A stretch of DNA of 64,000 nucleotides from Eledone cirrhosa (GCA_964016885.1 OZ024750.1:48484001-48548000); one strand, 5' to 3'; positions 1 to 13,883 are shown, numbered from the stretch's first letter. The notes: generated from the letters alone by a model not told the origin. Numbers and translations are program-made.

Positions 1-225
1 TTTAAGCACTCTAGGAATAATTCCGAGTATAAATATAAATGAAAATATAGAAATTGTTGTGAGCAAAAATCCAACAGTATTTCATAATATATAAGTGACT
101 ATAACGTCAAAATGAAAAATAATTAACGTAAGATAAGAGAAAAAAATCAAACTTAAATTTTAAAAATCAAGACAGAGATTGTATTCACAGATTTTGTGAA
201 ATCCAGGGAAAAAAACAATTTCCCT
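1..225. repeat. Diverged copy of the non-coding repeat unit at 26456-27402
   Basis: Colinear similarity, e.g. tttaagcactctagga...ccgagtataa.tataaatgaaa and gtgaaatccagggaaaaa, also at about 27046-27270. Confidence 0.8.
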
Positions 226-341
226 TCTGTGTCTTTTATATCTGTTAATTTACTTTATTCGGTCCTCAATGTTACCATTGACTGAGCAACGGTAAAACAA
301 TACAGATACAATATAGACACAAACACATATATATATAGTCT

Positions 342-382
342 AACAAAGTCCTTTCGTTGCACATCTGCGACATCGTCAGTGG
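342..382 (-). ncRNA. Type I hammerhead-like motif (family A)
   Basis: Minus strand: CUGACGA-U-GUCGCA-gaug-UGCAAC-GAAA-GGAC-UU; stem I weak. Confidence 0.55.
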
Positions 383-630
383 TTTCCTCTCGTTGTATTA
401 TATGCTTACGCCATCTTTATTTAGTATGTTTATTTATTTATTTATTTATTTTTTGTCTTCCCTGCTCATGTGTTTGCGTGTGTGTATACACATCAAACAA
501 GACACTATACACACACGGAAACGTATGCGCAGAGAAAACTAAATAAATAAACAAAAAATAAATAAATAAACAAACAGACTAAATAAAGATGGCGTAGGCA
601 TACAATACAACGGGAGGAAACATAATAGCA

Positions 631-672
631 CCACTGACGATGTTACAGATGTGCAACGAAAGAACTTTCTTA
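631..672 (+). ncRNA. Type I hammerhead-like motif (family A)
   Basis: CUGACGA 634-640, stem II guuaca/ugcaac, GAAA 658-661, then GAACUU. Confidence 0.55.
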
Positions 673-898
673 GACTATATATATATGTGTTTGTGTCTAT
701 ATTGTATCTGTATTTTTGACCGCTGGTCAGTCAATGGTAACATTGAGGACCGAAATCCAACCAAGCAGTGAGTGTGTTCTGTTACTAATTCTGGCAATAT
801 TATTACGCAAATATGACCCCACCCCCACGCCCAGTATAAAAATATTTGTTTCGACACACGATTTCATATCAAAAACCTCGCATAAAAATTCATCGCCG

Positions 899-973
<75 letters not shown>

Positions 974-1027
974 TAAAAAAATAATGAATAAAACAAAGAA
1001 ACAGTTCCTTATATTAAACAAAAAAAG

Positions 1028-1170
1028 TTCATTATTTAACGATCGTTTCTAGGACATATATGTGTTAGAATTGGCATGCATATTCAAAAGATCTATGTAT
1101 AAAATTATACAAACTATCAAGGAGATTATACATACCATCACATATATATGCTGTCTTCAGAAATAATGAA
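1028..1170 (-). ncRNA. Type I hammerhead ribozyme with a 104-nt stem II region
   Basis: Minus strand: stem I UUCAUUAUUU/AAAUAAUGAA (10 bp), CUGAAGA (1160-1154), GAAA (1049-1046), palindromic stem III CGAUCG, GUU cleavage triplet. Confidence 0.75.
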
Positions 1171-1943
1171 GTATATTTATTGATAATAACAACAATTCAA
1201 AATTACAGGTCTGTTTGGGAACAGATTTTAAATAAACCAATGAAATACATAAAAATTCATCAAGAAAATACAGTTAGGTGTGTGTATATATGTAAGTAAC
1301 TTCGTTCACAGACATGCATAAAAATGTATGTTCACATGCATAAGCATGTCGAAAAAGTGTATGTAAATATAAAAAAAGTAGGGCTAATGTCTCTGTATGT
1401 TTATAATCCACAGACAAAATATACATACATATACATATATATATACATACATATATACACACATATACATACATCCATACACACACACGCATATATACAT
1501 AAACACACACATACCTACGAACACAAACATATATACACACACACACAGACACATACGTATATATTATTATTATAACTATATGGATATTGAGGCGCACACA
1601 TAAACACGGCCACACACACTTACATTTAGATGCAGAATTAAAAGGAGGTAAGGGAGTAAGTAATTAAAGGAGAGTGTCAGACTCAGCATATTTATAAAAA
1701 TGTATCTATAAAGTTAGAAGTAAAAAGAAATATAATAAAAGAAATATAATAAAAACATAAAAAAACATAAAAGAGAGACATAAAATATACATGCTTATAT
1801 ACATACGCACATTTACACATCCAAACGTTCGATACATACATACGTACACACACACATACACATACTTAACCTCACGCATATTAACCTGTTTGTATGCATA
1901 TACATAAAAACAAGTAAAACATATACTCATACATATAAATACA

Positions 1944-1999
<56 letters not shown>

Positions 2000-2231
2000 C
2001 ACACAACACACATATATACATATATGTACACACACATACACACATACATACACATACATATATATATATATATACATATATATATACACACATATATATA
2101 CACACATATATATACACACACACACATACATATACATATATATACATACACACACATATCCATGTATATATACACACAACCACACACACACACACACACT
2201 CAGACATACATAAATATAGAGACATACATAG

Positions 2232-2294
<63 letters not shown>

Positions 2295-2388
2295 AAATAA
2301 ATACACACAGTCAGACAATTATGCACATATATACACATACATACACACATCTCTACAAATACATATACATACACATACATACATACAC

Positions 2389-2434
<46 letters not shown>

Positions 2435-2689
2435 TCATACACACTTATTTACATGCGCACATATGTATTTTTATACTCACATACAAACACACAAACATAC
2501 ATACATACTTACATACACATACATACATCCACGCTTACAAATACGAATAATTATGGGGGGGGATTAACATTATTAGTGGGAAATAGTAAATGTAGGTTTC
2601 AAGGAACATAGAATATTAATCTGCATTTAAATCATAATATGTGTTTGCATAGTAGTGTCAGTATTAGGAAATGGTATTTGTAAGAAAGA

Positions 2690-3610
2690 AGGCTAAATTA
2701 TGCATTTTAATATAATTAGACTATTCATTATAGATTAATTAAAGTAAAAATAGTTAATATATTAATTTCTAAGGTGTATACTACTTAGGTTTATAATATT
2801 TAAAGCGGAATTTTGAAGTTAAACAGTAATAGAGTATTAATTATAGCATAACTAAGTTAAAAATATTAACATGATGGTATCAATTTTAGGAAATGAATTT
2901 TGTAATAGGGAAAGCCAAATTAAATATTTCATCGGTAGTAGAATATTAATTATAGGTTAACTAAATTAAAAAATTATATATTAATTTCTATAGTATATGT
3001 TAATTAGGTTTATAATAATTAAAGCAACATTTTGTATTTTATCTATAGTAGAATATAATTATAGGTTAACTAAATTAAAATTAATCTATATATTTATTTG
3101 TAAAGACTATTAATTAGGTATATATTTAAAAGTGTTTCTCAGTTTATGATTACACGATATTCTGCAATCCATCTGTATTAGAATTTTAATTTTAAGCTAA
3201 CTAAATTAAAATTATAGGTTAACTAAATTAAAATTAATTTATAAATTAATTTCTAAATTGTATATTAATTAGGTTTATAATATTAAAAAGTATTTCTCTG
3301 TTATTGATTACACGATATTTTGTTATATTTCATCTGTAAAGGAATTTTAATAAAAGGTTAAATAAACTAAAATTAATCTATATATTATTTTCCAAAGTAT
3401 ATATTAATTATGTTAATAATATTTAAAAGTTTTTCACAGTTTATGATTATACGATATTTTTTAATTTCATCTGTAGTAGAATTTTAATTAAATTAAAATT
3501 ATAGGTTAACTACATTTAAATTAATTTATATATTCATTTCTAAAATATATATTATTAATTAGGTTTATAATATTTAAATGTTTTTCTCAGTTTATGATTA
3601 CACGATATAA
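2690..3610 (-). repeat. Degenerate tandem copies (about 110-220 bp spacing) of the PLE-1 ORF terminus
   Basis: ttaattaggtttataatattta...cagtttatgattacacgatat recurs near 3555, 3405, 3265 and 3110; shorter versions near 3000 and 2785. Confidence 0.8.
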
Positions 3611-5105
3611 TTAATTCCTGTCGCTTATTTAATAGGATATCCTTAGATTTCATTATTTCAAATAGTTCTTGGGAACACAATCTACATTCATTTCTATTAT
3701 TTTGATAAGGAGTGGCTCTTTTGAGCACACTCCAGGTCATATCATAATCTATATTCTTATTTCTATAACTATTAATTCTTTCTGCTAGAGATGTTGTATT
3801 AGCCAGTGCGGCATTTTTAAAACTATGTTTGTGGGTATTAAACCTTACCTTAAAATTGTTAGAAGTAGCTCCTATATATGAGCAAATAGAATCTTTAGTT
3901 TTAACTTTACATTTATAAACTATGTTGTTAACAAGACAATTTCCTTTTAATGGGCAGTTTGCTTTGTTTCTACAGTTACAAACTTTCGTTAATTCTGTAT
4001 TTGAGGAGATATTATGGTTAGTTTGATGTATTGGCGGTATACTTATGGTTTTTTTACATTTATATGCATTATAGGCACTTATATTTTGTTTTATGTTTTT
4101 GGTTGTTGAGTATGAGAATTTAACTGTTGATCTATTTAAGATTTGATGGTATTTGTGGTTTGGCGGGAAGTTTTTCTCTAGGATATTAACACATTTTTTA
4201 GCTATATTATCCTTAATTTGTAAATTAAATGGAGCATTATACCAAGTAACTCGTCTATTACGGTTTCTATGTTGTTTATTGTTTTTATAGGATGCATCGT
4301 GATGTTTACTAGGAGGATTAATGTTAATGACCTCACCACGCACATTTTTAGTTAGATTTATTGATTTAGGTGTTTTAGCTTGTTTATTAGGAGTTTTATT
4401 ATTAACATTTATTAGAGTTGTATGATGAGTAGTTTTTTTAGAGTTACTATACTTTATATTAGAGGAGTTAGAGAAATTTGGTTTTATGTTGGTATTTTGG
4501 GGTATAGTGTGAGTGGCATTTAGGTGTGTACTTTTCATTTGGTGTTTGTTGGTAATATTAGGTTGTATGTTTATAGTGTTATTAGTAGAAGGTATATATT
4601 CCAATCTATTTTTGTGGCCACTTCTATCTAGACCTTCGTTATAGAAGGTTGCATTTTTATCAAATACATCTTGGTTAGACGAAAGGTTTGAAATTCTAAG
4701 TGATATATTATATGCAAGGTTTTTAAGGATAGATTTAGGGTGATTAGATTGTGAGTGTATGTAGTGTAAGTTTTGGTTGGGTTTATGGTAAGGTTGGTAG
4801 ATACCCGTAGCTAAGTCTAAAGTTATATCTAGGAAATTAACTACTTTACTTGTGTTTTCAAAAGTAATATGAAGACTATACTAGTCTTTAAGGAAAGGTC
4901 TAATAAGCTTTTTGTTTTTTTCTATTGCTGAGAGGCTAAGGTTGTTGGAGAGAAGAAGACAGTCATCACGATATAAACCACCTTTAAGGTGGGGAAAGGA
5001 AGCATTTATGTTAAAAAGAAGAAAGAGGCCCACAAGATCATTAATTTGGGCAGAATCGCTTGAACCCATAGTAATATCAAATAGATTACTATATGTGTTT
5101 CTGGT
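3555..5105 (-). pseudogene. PLE reverse transcriptase (C-terminal part) + GIY-YIG endonuclease, one in-frame TAG
   Basis: [25 protein letters not shown], then past TAG 4881-4883 in the same frame VNFLDITLDL..., VTWYNAPF, CNCRNKANCPLKGNC, NIVY...YIG...FKVRFNTH, CRLC..E, LLNKR..CNH. Confidence 0.9.
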
Positions 5106-5116
5106 CCAGTATTCAT

Positions 5117-5790
<674 letters not shown>

Positions 5791-6478
5791 AATGAAAAAT
5801 TTGAACAGGGACAGAACAGAGAGGCAGTACAATAAATGTTTATTAAATTCACGCTCAGGAGAGTGGGGGGTAGGTGGGGGACGACGTTTCGGGAATAAGC
5901 CCTTCCTCAGGTGAGAAGTGTGTGGGAACAGAGTTCAAAAGGTGTGTAGGGGAGTGGTGGAGAGACATATCGCGAAAGGAAACGGTGCGAATGAAAAATT
6001 AACAAATAAAGATAAAAAATAAAAATAAAGCATGATCAAAATACAAGGAATGAGAAAATTTAAGAATAAAGGTATGATCAAAATAAACTGAAATTAAAAG
6101 GGGGGTAAACAGGCGGTGGAAGGTGTGGGGGGAGTATGGGTGGTGGCGGGTGGAGTGGGGAGAGGGAGGCGGGGTGTCCGAGCGGGGATGGGTGAAGGTG
6201 GTGTGTGTGTGTAGGTGTGCGTGTGTGTGTGTGTGTATGTGAAAGTGAGGGTTGGGGGATGAACGGGGTTGCATGTTCAGGAAGAGGTGTGTGTGGGGGT
6301 GTTTTTGTGGGTCGGAGTGTCTGTGCGTGTGTGGATAGAGGGTGGGGGGAGAGGTATCAGGAGGCTGAGGGTGTAAATATGTGGTGGGAAGCACGTGTGT
6401 GTGGGGTTTAAGCGTGTTGTGGGTGTGGGTGGCGTGTGGAGAAAAAATTGTTTGGGGTGTGTGTGTGGGTGAGTTATA
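5791..6478 (-). mobile_element. Orphan PLE-type 3' tail (C/A-rich on the minus strand) with HHR, between two (TA)n tracts
   Basis: Composition resembles the PLE-2 tail; HHR core at 5880-5913; no ORF. Confidence 0.6.
5880..5913 (-). ncRNA. Minimal type I hammerhead motif
   Basis: Minus strand: CUGAGGA-A-GGG-cuuauu-CCC-GAAA-CG-UC; stem I short. Confidence 0.6.
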
Positions 6479-6532
6479 TAGGTATATACATATATACATA
6501 TACATATATATATACATATATATATGTATATA

Positions 6533-6601
<69 letters not shown>

Positions 6602-6738
6602 GAAAGTGAGGTTTTTTTTACAAAATGAAAAATATCCGAGGTGTCCTAGACGAGTGAAAGTATAAAGAAAAAAAGATGAAATCGAAAATGCAACTGGAGT
6701 CTTATTTAAAAAAAAAATATATGTATATTTATTTTGTT

Positions 6739-6776
6739 CCTTTACCGGTTTCGCAGTTCTTCTGCTTTTCAAAAGT
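6739..6776 (-). ncRNA. Hammerhead motif with U3-A8 variant core (PLE-2 tail)
   Basis: Minus strand: CUU-UUGAAAA-GCAG-aagaa-CUGC-GAAA-CCGG-UA-AAG. Confidence 0.65.
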
Positions 6777-7809
6777 AGAGTTGAGATGGAGGGTCTGTGG
6801 TTTTTCTCACATCTGGTTGGTCTTTGAATGTTACTTGTCTTATATGGAAAAAAGTGGCTCGAAATGGCAGGTTTTTAGAGAAGTAATTTTATTGGTTGGT
6901 CAATAAGTATAATACATTTCTCGACAGTTCGCGTTACAAAGTTCTTCAAAGAAGTGCGGGGGGCACAGGTTGTTTTTTTCATATATGAGTGTTTGAATTT
7001 CTTTTTACTTAAAAAAAGGGGCTCACGCAGGCTTTTTTTTTAATAAACGTAATTTGATTGGTTATACATGAAATTATGGCTGTCACGTGAACAAGTTTTC
7101 ATTAAATGTTCGCGCCCTTATTTGGAAATATATTCTGTAGCCTCTTAGAGAATTTTATGACAAGCAAAAGATAATGGTTAAGAGAAATTGGATGGGAGAA
7201 TTGTTCTGGTTCAGTGAATATGGTTAGTTCGCTGGGGTGTCAGAAATCAGATTTTCTATTGAAGTAAAGAAAGTAAAGATGTGTATGTTTATTTGTGTGC
7301 TCGTGTGTGTGTGTATTGGAATATTATTTTATTAGTAGAAATGGGGGAGGGAGTTCTTTGTGTGTGTATATGGGTGTTATGTGTCTGTGTGTGTGTGGGA
7401 GTATGTTAAGATGGAGAGAATATATATATTTTGTGTGTGTGTATTTATATGTGTAGGAAAGTGATCGTATTAGTAGAAATGGGTGAGGGAGTTGTGAGTG
7501 TGAAGGTGTGGGGGTCGTTATGTGTGTGTATGGGTGTTATGTGTGTGGGAGTATGGGTAGCATGTTAAGATGAAGAGAATATATATATTATTGTGTGTGT
7601 GTTGTGTAGGAAAATGATTCCTTTAGTAGGAATATGTTTGAATGAACATATTTTCCTTCTTATTCGTATTTGTTCTGTTGTATTGTCAGCGCAAACGTAT
7701 GTTAAGGTTTATTTAGTTCGGGTTTTTATTTTCTAAAGTAGCAGGTGTTATGTGTTTGTGTATGTGTCTGTTTGGATGGTTAGCATGTTATGGTTTTAAC
7801 ATAATGTAT

Positions 7810-9100
7810 ATTAAACCATATTTAATGCTGGTCAATATTTTTGAATAAATATATTTTCCTTATTTATTCGTATTTGTTCTGTTGTATTGTTAGCGCAAAG
7901 GTAAAATGGGAAGACTTGGAATTTGGGTGTCTTATTACTTGCGCATAAGTCTAGATGTGCGCTTAGTGGTATCTGTCTCGTGGTGGGATCTCGTAATTGT
8001 TGGCAATGAACTGTCATTCTGTTTCTGAGTGCGAGTTTAGTTTGTCCTATATAATCTTCATTGCATCCTTTACATTTAATGGCATACACTAGATTTTTTG
8101 ATGAGCAAGTGAAGTGATTTTTTACAACCAAATTCCGTCCTGATTTAAATGTCTATGTGTATTTCAATGAGGTGAGTGCATGTTCCACAATTAGAGCGAC
8201 CACATTTTTGACAGTTGGTTGTGGGTTTGTGGTAGGTAAATTGGCATTGGTGAGTAATGTTTTGAGTGATTCCGGTTGTCCTTTGCTTTTGATTATTTTG
8301 TGTGTTTCAAGTGCTTTTTTCATTCTTCAGTTTTGTTTTAGTAGTGGGATGTTCTTGTGAATAGTGTTGTAAGCTTCCACATTTCTTTGGTTGTGCGTTG
8401 AGATATATGATAGAATATTGGACGTACCTTGGATTTGTTTCAGTTTTCGTAATTCATCAATGCCTATTGCTTTAGCCCTTTCTATTCCATTATTTAATAG
8501 TAATGGTGGGTACTCTCTTTCAAGTAGAATTTCCTATAATTTTTGAAGTCTTTTAATTTGCATTTCATAATTGGAGAGAATTGTGTAAATTCTTCTTGCT
8601 AGTTTAAAAGGAATGTTCGTCTTCGTGTGCTTTGGATGGTTGGAGGTGAATAGCAGATATTGTTTGGAATCTGTTGATTTGTAGTGTATGTCAGTTTCAA
8701 TGTGTGTGTCTTTTTTTAAGATTAAGATATCCAGAAATGGGAGTTGATCTTGGATGTATTCCATTGTGAATTGGATGTGGTTATTGATGCGGTTTATTAA
8801 GTTTTTGAAATCCTTCAGTTGGTCGGGTGTGTGGGACCGAAGAAGTGTGTGGGACCAAAGACAATCATCCAAGTAGCGTTTCCAATTCTCTGATAAATAT
8901 TTGTGTAAGTTCAATCCGTATTTTGATTTAAACTGTTCATATATCTGGGCTACTAAGTATGCCATGAGTAAGTTGGCATAAGTTGGAGCGGCTTTTGTAC
9001 CCATCGCAGTCCCTGATATTTGCTTGTAAGTACTGCCATCGAAATAAAAAAAGTTGTTCTGTAAGATGAATTTTAATCCCTCGGTGATGAAGCCTTGTAT
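7810..9100 (-). pseudogene. PLE RT + GIY-YIG endonuclease with stops/frameshift (Neptune-like by motif resemblance)
   Basis: NNFFYFDG..YKQISGTAMGTKAAPTYANL, WKRYLDD, LPFLDI, HPKHTK.NIPF..ARRI, CGRSNCGTC, FTCSSKNLVYAIKCKGC..DYIGQT...RNRMTVH. Confidence 0.9.
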
Positions 9101-9261
9101 TCGATTCTGCCTTTCGAGCCAATTTTTTTTACATATAAAACAAATAACATTCAGAGACCAACCAGATGTGAGAAAAACTACCGACCATCCATCGCCACTC
9201 TAATTTTGAAAAGCAGAAGATCTGCGAAATTAAGACTCCAGTTGCATTTTCGATTTCATCT

Positions 9262-9469
<208 letters not shown>

Positions 9470-9514
9470 AATATATATATATATATATAAAAATATATAT
9501 ATATCTATATATAT

Positions 9515-9597
<83 letters not shown>

Positions 9598-9599
<2 letters not shown>

Positions 9600-9943
9600 A
9601 AGAAAAAGGGATGAAATCGAAAATGCAACTGAAGTCTTATTTTTTTTTTAAATATATATATTTATTTGGTTCCTTTACCGGTTTCGCAGTTCCTCTGCTT
9701 TTCAAAAGATGAGTTGAGATGGAGGGTCTGTGGTTTTTCTGTGAGAAAAACCACAGACCCTCCATCTGAAATCACCTTTTGAAAAGCAGAGGAACTGCGA
9801 AACCGGTAAAGGAACCAAATAAATATATATATTTAAAAAAAAAATAAGACTTCAGTTGCATTTTCGATTTCATCCCTTTTTCTTTATACTTCCACTCGTG
9901 TAGGACACCTCGGTTATTTTTCATTTTGTAAAAAAAACCTCAC

Positions 9944-9950
<7 letters not shown>
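9598..9950. repeat. Near-perfect fold-back made of PLE-2 tail sequence, flanked by (TA)n
   Basis: 9598-9740 is the reverse complement of 9744-9888 (loop gtg); both match 6600-6810. Confidence 0.9.
9775..9812 (+). ncRNA. Hammerhead motif with U3-A8 variant core (mirror copy at 9672-9708, minus strand)
   Basis: CCUU-UUGAAAA-GCAG-aggaa-CUGC-GAAA-CCGG-UA-AAGG: stems I and II 4 bp, palindromic stem III, GUA triplet. Confidence 0.7.
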
Positions 9951-10011
<61 letters not shown>

Positions 10012-10019
10012 GTATATAA

Positions 10020-10114
<95 letters not shown>

Positions 10115-10143
10115 AATATATATATGTATATAAATATATATAT

Positions 10144-10400
<257 letters not shown>

Positions 10401-11239
10401 ATGTTTATTTTTCTGTATCTTATTGGCAGTCACATATCAAATATAGAACAACCAAACGAAACATGTCGCTGCTTCACACGATATTGAATTCTATCATCAA
10501 ATTATATTTCATTTCGTTAATCTATAACTGCCTCCTCGGGAGGATTTCATTGGAACTAAATCAAAGAATACTCTAGTATGTCTTCTTGGTAGAGCAATCA
10601 AATGTATATAAATATGGCATTCAAATTTGTCCTTTGTCTTCTCTCGCCATTCATTTTCGATAGCATATGCTTCAAGGTGCTCATGGACTTAACTATGAAA
10701 TTGATTGTGTAGCTTTCAGAAGATTTATTTTACTGTTTGATTAGCAACGTCACTGTGTCAAATATTGTTACCATATTCTTTTCATGGCGAACGCCAATTA
10801 ACATTCTGAATACCGAAGAAAGCATTCCTTTCTTCTATGAAACATTGACTGTATCACAGCTGTCTTTCCGTGTTTCGATATTATAATTGTTACTACCTTT
10901 CCTCTTGGCAATGTTTCATTTGCTTCGATATTAAAACTAAAAATATCATCGTAATATTTTTAACATTTGACTTATTATCCAGCAGTTTTAAGTATGGACT
11001 TTACCAAATATGTTTTTGCAGTTCCGACGACAAGGATTGCTTTTGTTTAAACAACATAACCTCCTTTTTCAAAATACCTGGTAAACGTGATTGAGCATTC
11101 CATAGACACCTGTAACCATGACCTAATCATCAGAGATATTCAATGAATCTCAAAGGTACAGTACAGGTACAGTACACTACAGGTACAGTACAGGTACAGT
11201 TTAATTTTGTTAGCTGATTTAACTGGAGTAACGAGAAAT

Positions 11240-11570
11240 ATATTTCCAGCGCTGCACACAACTTGTACATTACGTATTCACCTCACCTTCACCTACACCT
11301 CCACCCATGTAAAGTGTGCCCTACGGTGTTCCCTTTGTGGGTACCTGTACATCGGACAAACAGGCCACCGTCTGGCTGACAGTTTCGCTGGATATATGAT
11401 GGACATAAGTCTTCGTATAGATACTGACATCGTTTTCATTTTCGATCCTCAGGTAACTCTTCCCTACATGTTTCAGACCAAGGTGTCCTTTTACATAATG
11501 GATCACACGCGCGCCAGCTTTTTCACTCTGCGTCCTTATGATCATGTTATGATCAGAAACATATACTCTT
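11240..11570 (+). pseudogene. Degenerate PLE GIY-YIG endonuclease fragment
   Basis: FTYTSTHVKCALRCSLCGYLYIGQTGHRLADSF matches the PLE EN pattern FTC..SN.IY.I.C..C...YIG.T.R.L..RF. Confidence 0.75.
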
Positions 11571-12290
11571 GAAGCCTACACAGAACAACAAACGCACAAA
11601 AAGACAACCCTACATTTACCTCCACAGCTCTGTACACATATCCACACACTTCCTTATATACACATTATATATACTTTTGTTCACAGCTTTGGACTTACAA
11701 GTAAACACACACACACACACGCACACACACTCTTTTAATAATATATACACACATACCCTCTTAGTTTCGTATGGATATTTAATAACACACACTCACACAC
11801 ACTCTGAAGTATCCACACGCTGGTTCGTACTGCTCTATATACAAAATATGTTCTTCCTTTCAGATAGATGCGCTCCATCACCAAATATTCAAAAATCCTA
11901 TACCATATACAAAACAACAGAATGAGATGGCAACATGAATCGATGTATTGTTTCTCTCTAAACATTTTTTTTCCGTTTCCGCCTGCCCATCTCTTCAAAC
12001 ATTTCATTTATTTTTGTGACCCTCTTCCAGCTTTTTCAAACGTTAAAATAATATATACCTTCCATGTGTTGTGCCCCTTGTTTTGCTATTTTAGTTATTT
12101 CTGTTTAACTTTTATTACCTATAGTAATAATTACCTAGACACATATGACCTTACCAACCTGTGCCCTACAAGACCAGCAAGAGGCAGACCACCTACCATT
12201 ACCTCAATGGCCAAGAAAACCCACACAGATAGATGGAACGGGTGGACCAGAGCCATACGGACACCCTAAAACCACGATGAACTGAAGAAA

Positions 12291-13639
12291 ATGATTGCAC
12301 ATGCGGTAGGGGCCAGCATAAAACTAACCCTTAAGGAACATATGTTCAAATTTAATGGAAAAACATATGCACAAGAGGAAGGAGCAGCCATTGGTGTTAG
12401 CATTGCAGGCGACATAGCTAACTTATTCATGGTATGGTGGGACAGTAGACTTAAACTTACATTTAAAGATCAATTAGAAGGCCCCTTAACCCTGATAATG
12501 TACTCCCGCTACGTTGATGATATAAACATCGTAGTTAAGACACCCCCACTAGAGAACAGTCAGGAACTAGAGAAAAACACAATGGAAAGCATCAAGCAAA
12601 TAGCTAACTCCATTTACCAGAGTATTAGAGTTACTATAGACTACCCAAGTAAACACCCCAACCATCGATTACCTGTACTAGACACAGAGCTCTGGTTAGA
12701 CACCATTAATAACAACAAACAAATCTCCATTCCCTTATGCCAAACCCATGACTTCCAAACATCTGATCCACCGAAGCTCAGCCGTTTCGGACCATACCAA
12801 AATCAACATACTGATTGCGGATTTGGTACGGGTGATGAGAAACGTGTCCCGCATGTGCAACCCGAAGAACTAGAGAGACACATACAACACTTCATCCACC
12901 GTATACAGTTCTCTGGTTACAATCAGAGAGATAAAATCAGAGTGTATAGAGGAGCCAGAACCAAATGGGAAAAAATGGTAAATAATGACACAAATGGGAC
13001 CTGCCCCTTGTATAGGAGCAAATTTTGGAATAGAATAGAAAGAACTAGGAATAAGGCTAATAGAATAAACTCATGGTATGATAGCAATAAATACCAGAGT
13101 GTAATGTTCATCGATACAACCCCTAGAGATGAATTAGCTTACACATTTAGAAGGGCCCTAGATAAACGTAAACTCAATATTAAGATAGTAGAAAGACCAA
13201 GTACCTCCGTAAAAACACTTATTAGCAAGACATACCCTTTTCAAAGACACCCCCCTCTATAGTTAAGAAATGTATAACCTGTAAAATAAGCCCCCATATT
13301 AATTGTAAAACTAGAAATGTAGTGTATAGTATAAGATGTACTGAAGGACAATGTAGAGACAAAAATATAGTGTACATAGGCGAGACAGCTCGTAGTGTAG
13401 GGGAACGGATAAATGAACACAGGCGAGACCTTCAAGATAGTAAAGAATCATCTGTACTCTACCAAAATTCTAAACTAGAACATAAGGGTAAATTAGAGAA
13501 CATAGAAATAAAAATAGCATCTACACACAGAAAAGACGCAATGTTTAGACAAATCACAGAGGCAATAAACATAAAAGAATTACAACCAAAATTAAATAGA
13601 AAATATGAGTGGAATAGCAATATCACAACTTACAATTAA
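12291..13639 (+). pseudogene. PLE RT + GIY-YIG endonuclease with frameshifts
   Basis: FKFNGKTYAQEEGAAIG, YSRYVDDI, LPVLD; about 12735-12860 reads YAKPMTSKHLIHRSSAV..TKINIL.ADLVRVMRNVS in another frame; NVVYSIRC...YIGETARSVGERINEH. Confidence 0.9.
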
Positions 13640-13744
13640 AGACAAAATGAAAACACACACGCACATAGAACAAACAACCCACTGGTAACATGTAAATAAA
13701 CAAATAAATAAACGAATACAAACACACACAGACACACGGATGTG

Positions 13745-13794
13745 GCGCATGCGCAGACTGAGCACACAACACACACACAGAAACAAAATGGCGT
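13745..13794 (+). promoter_or_regulatory. NRF1-like palindrome and YY1-like motif in the PLE tail (candidate pseudo-LTR promoter)
   Basis: GCGCATGCGCA 13745-13755 and CAAAATGGCG 13784-13793; same order in copies near 521-595 and 33533-33597. Confidence 0.4.
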
Positions 13795-13840
13795 AGGACA
13801 GAACAAAGGAGAGGCACAAAAACAAAGAAAATAATCGCCA

Positions 13841-13883
13841 GTAACTGAAGAGGTCACATAATGTGTGACGAAAGAACTTTGAC
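13841..13883 (+). ncRNA. Type I hammerhead motif in the PLE-3 tail
   Basis: CUGAAGA 13845-13851, extra G, 7-bp stem II GUCACAU/GUGUGAC, GAAA 13870-13873, GAAC-UU. Confidence 0.65.

Larger units (their letters stand above)
226..860. mobile_element. PLE 3' tail/pseudo-LTR fragments arranged as an inverted pair (same family as 33088-33895 and 34680-34900)
   Basis: About 260-460 is the reverse complement of about 550-750; both match 33535-33890; an HHR core is present in each arm. Confidence 0.8.
967..5112 (-). mobile_element. 5'-truncated Penelope-like retroelement (PLE-1) with long 3' tail, bounded by (TA)n at both ends
   Basis: RT + GIY-YIG reading frame 5105-3555, repetitive 3' region, HHR at 1028-1170, (TA)n at 900-966 and from about 5117. 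Confidence 0.85.

Noticed and set aside
1274-2611. Long [12 protein letters not shown] ORFs here and throughout the track
   Set aside because: Translations of (TA)n/(CA)n microsatellites, which lack stop codons
4881-4883. In-frame stop in PLE-1 as possible recoding (some PLEs encode selenocysteine)
   Set aside because: The codon is TAG, not TGA, at a non-Cys position; a point mutation is simpler
11155-11200. Short spaced repeats (ggtacagtaca; also tgtctattct x4 at 30055-30095)
   Set aside because: Simple tandem repeats without unique spacers; not CRISPR
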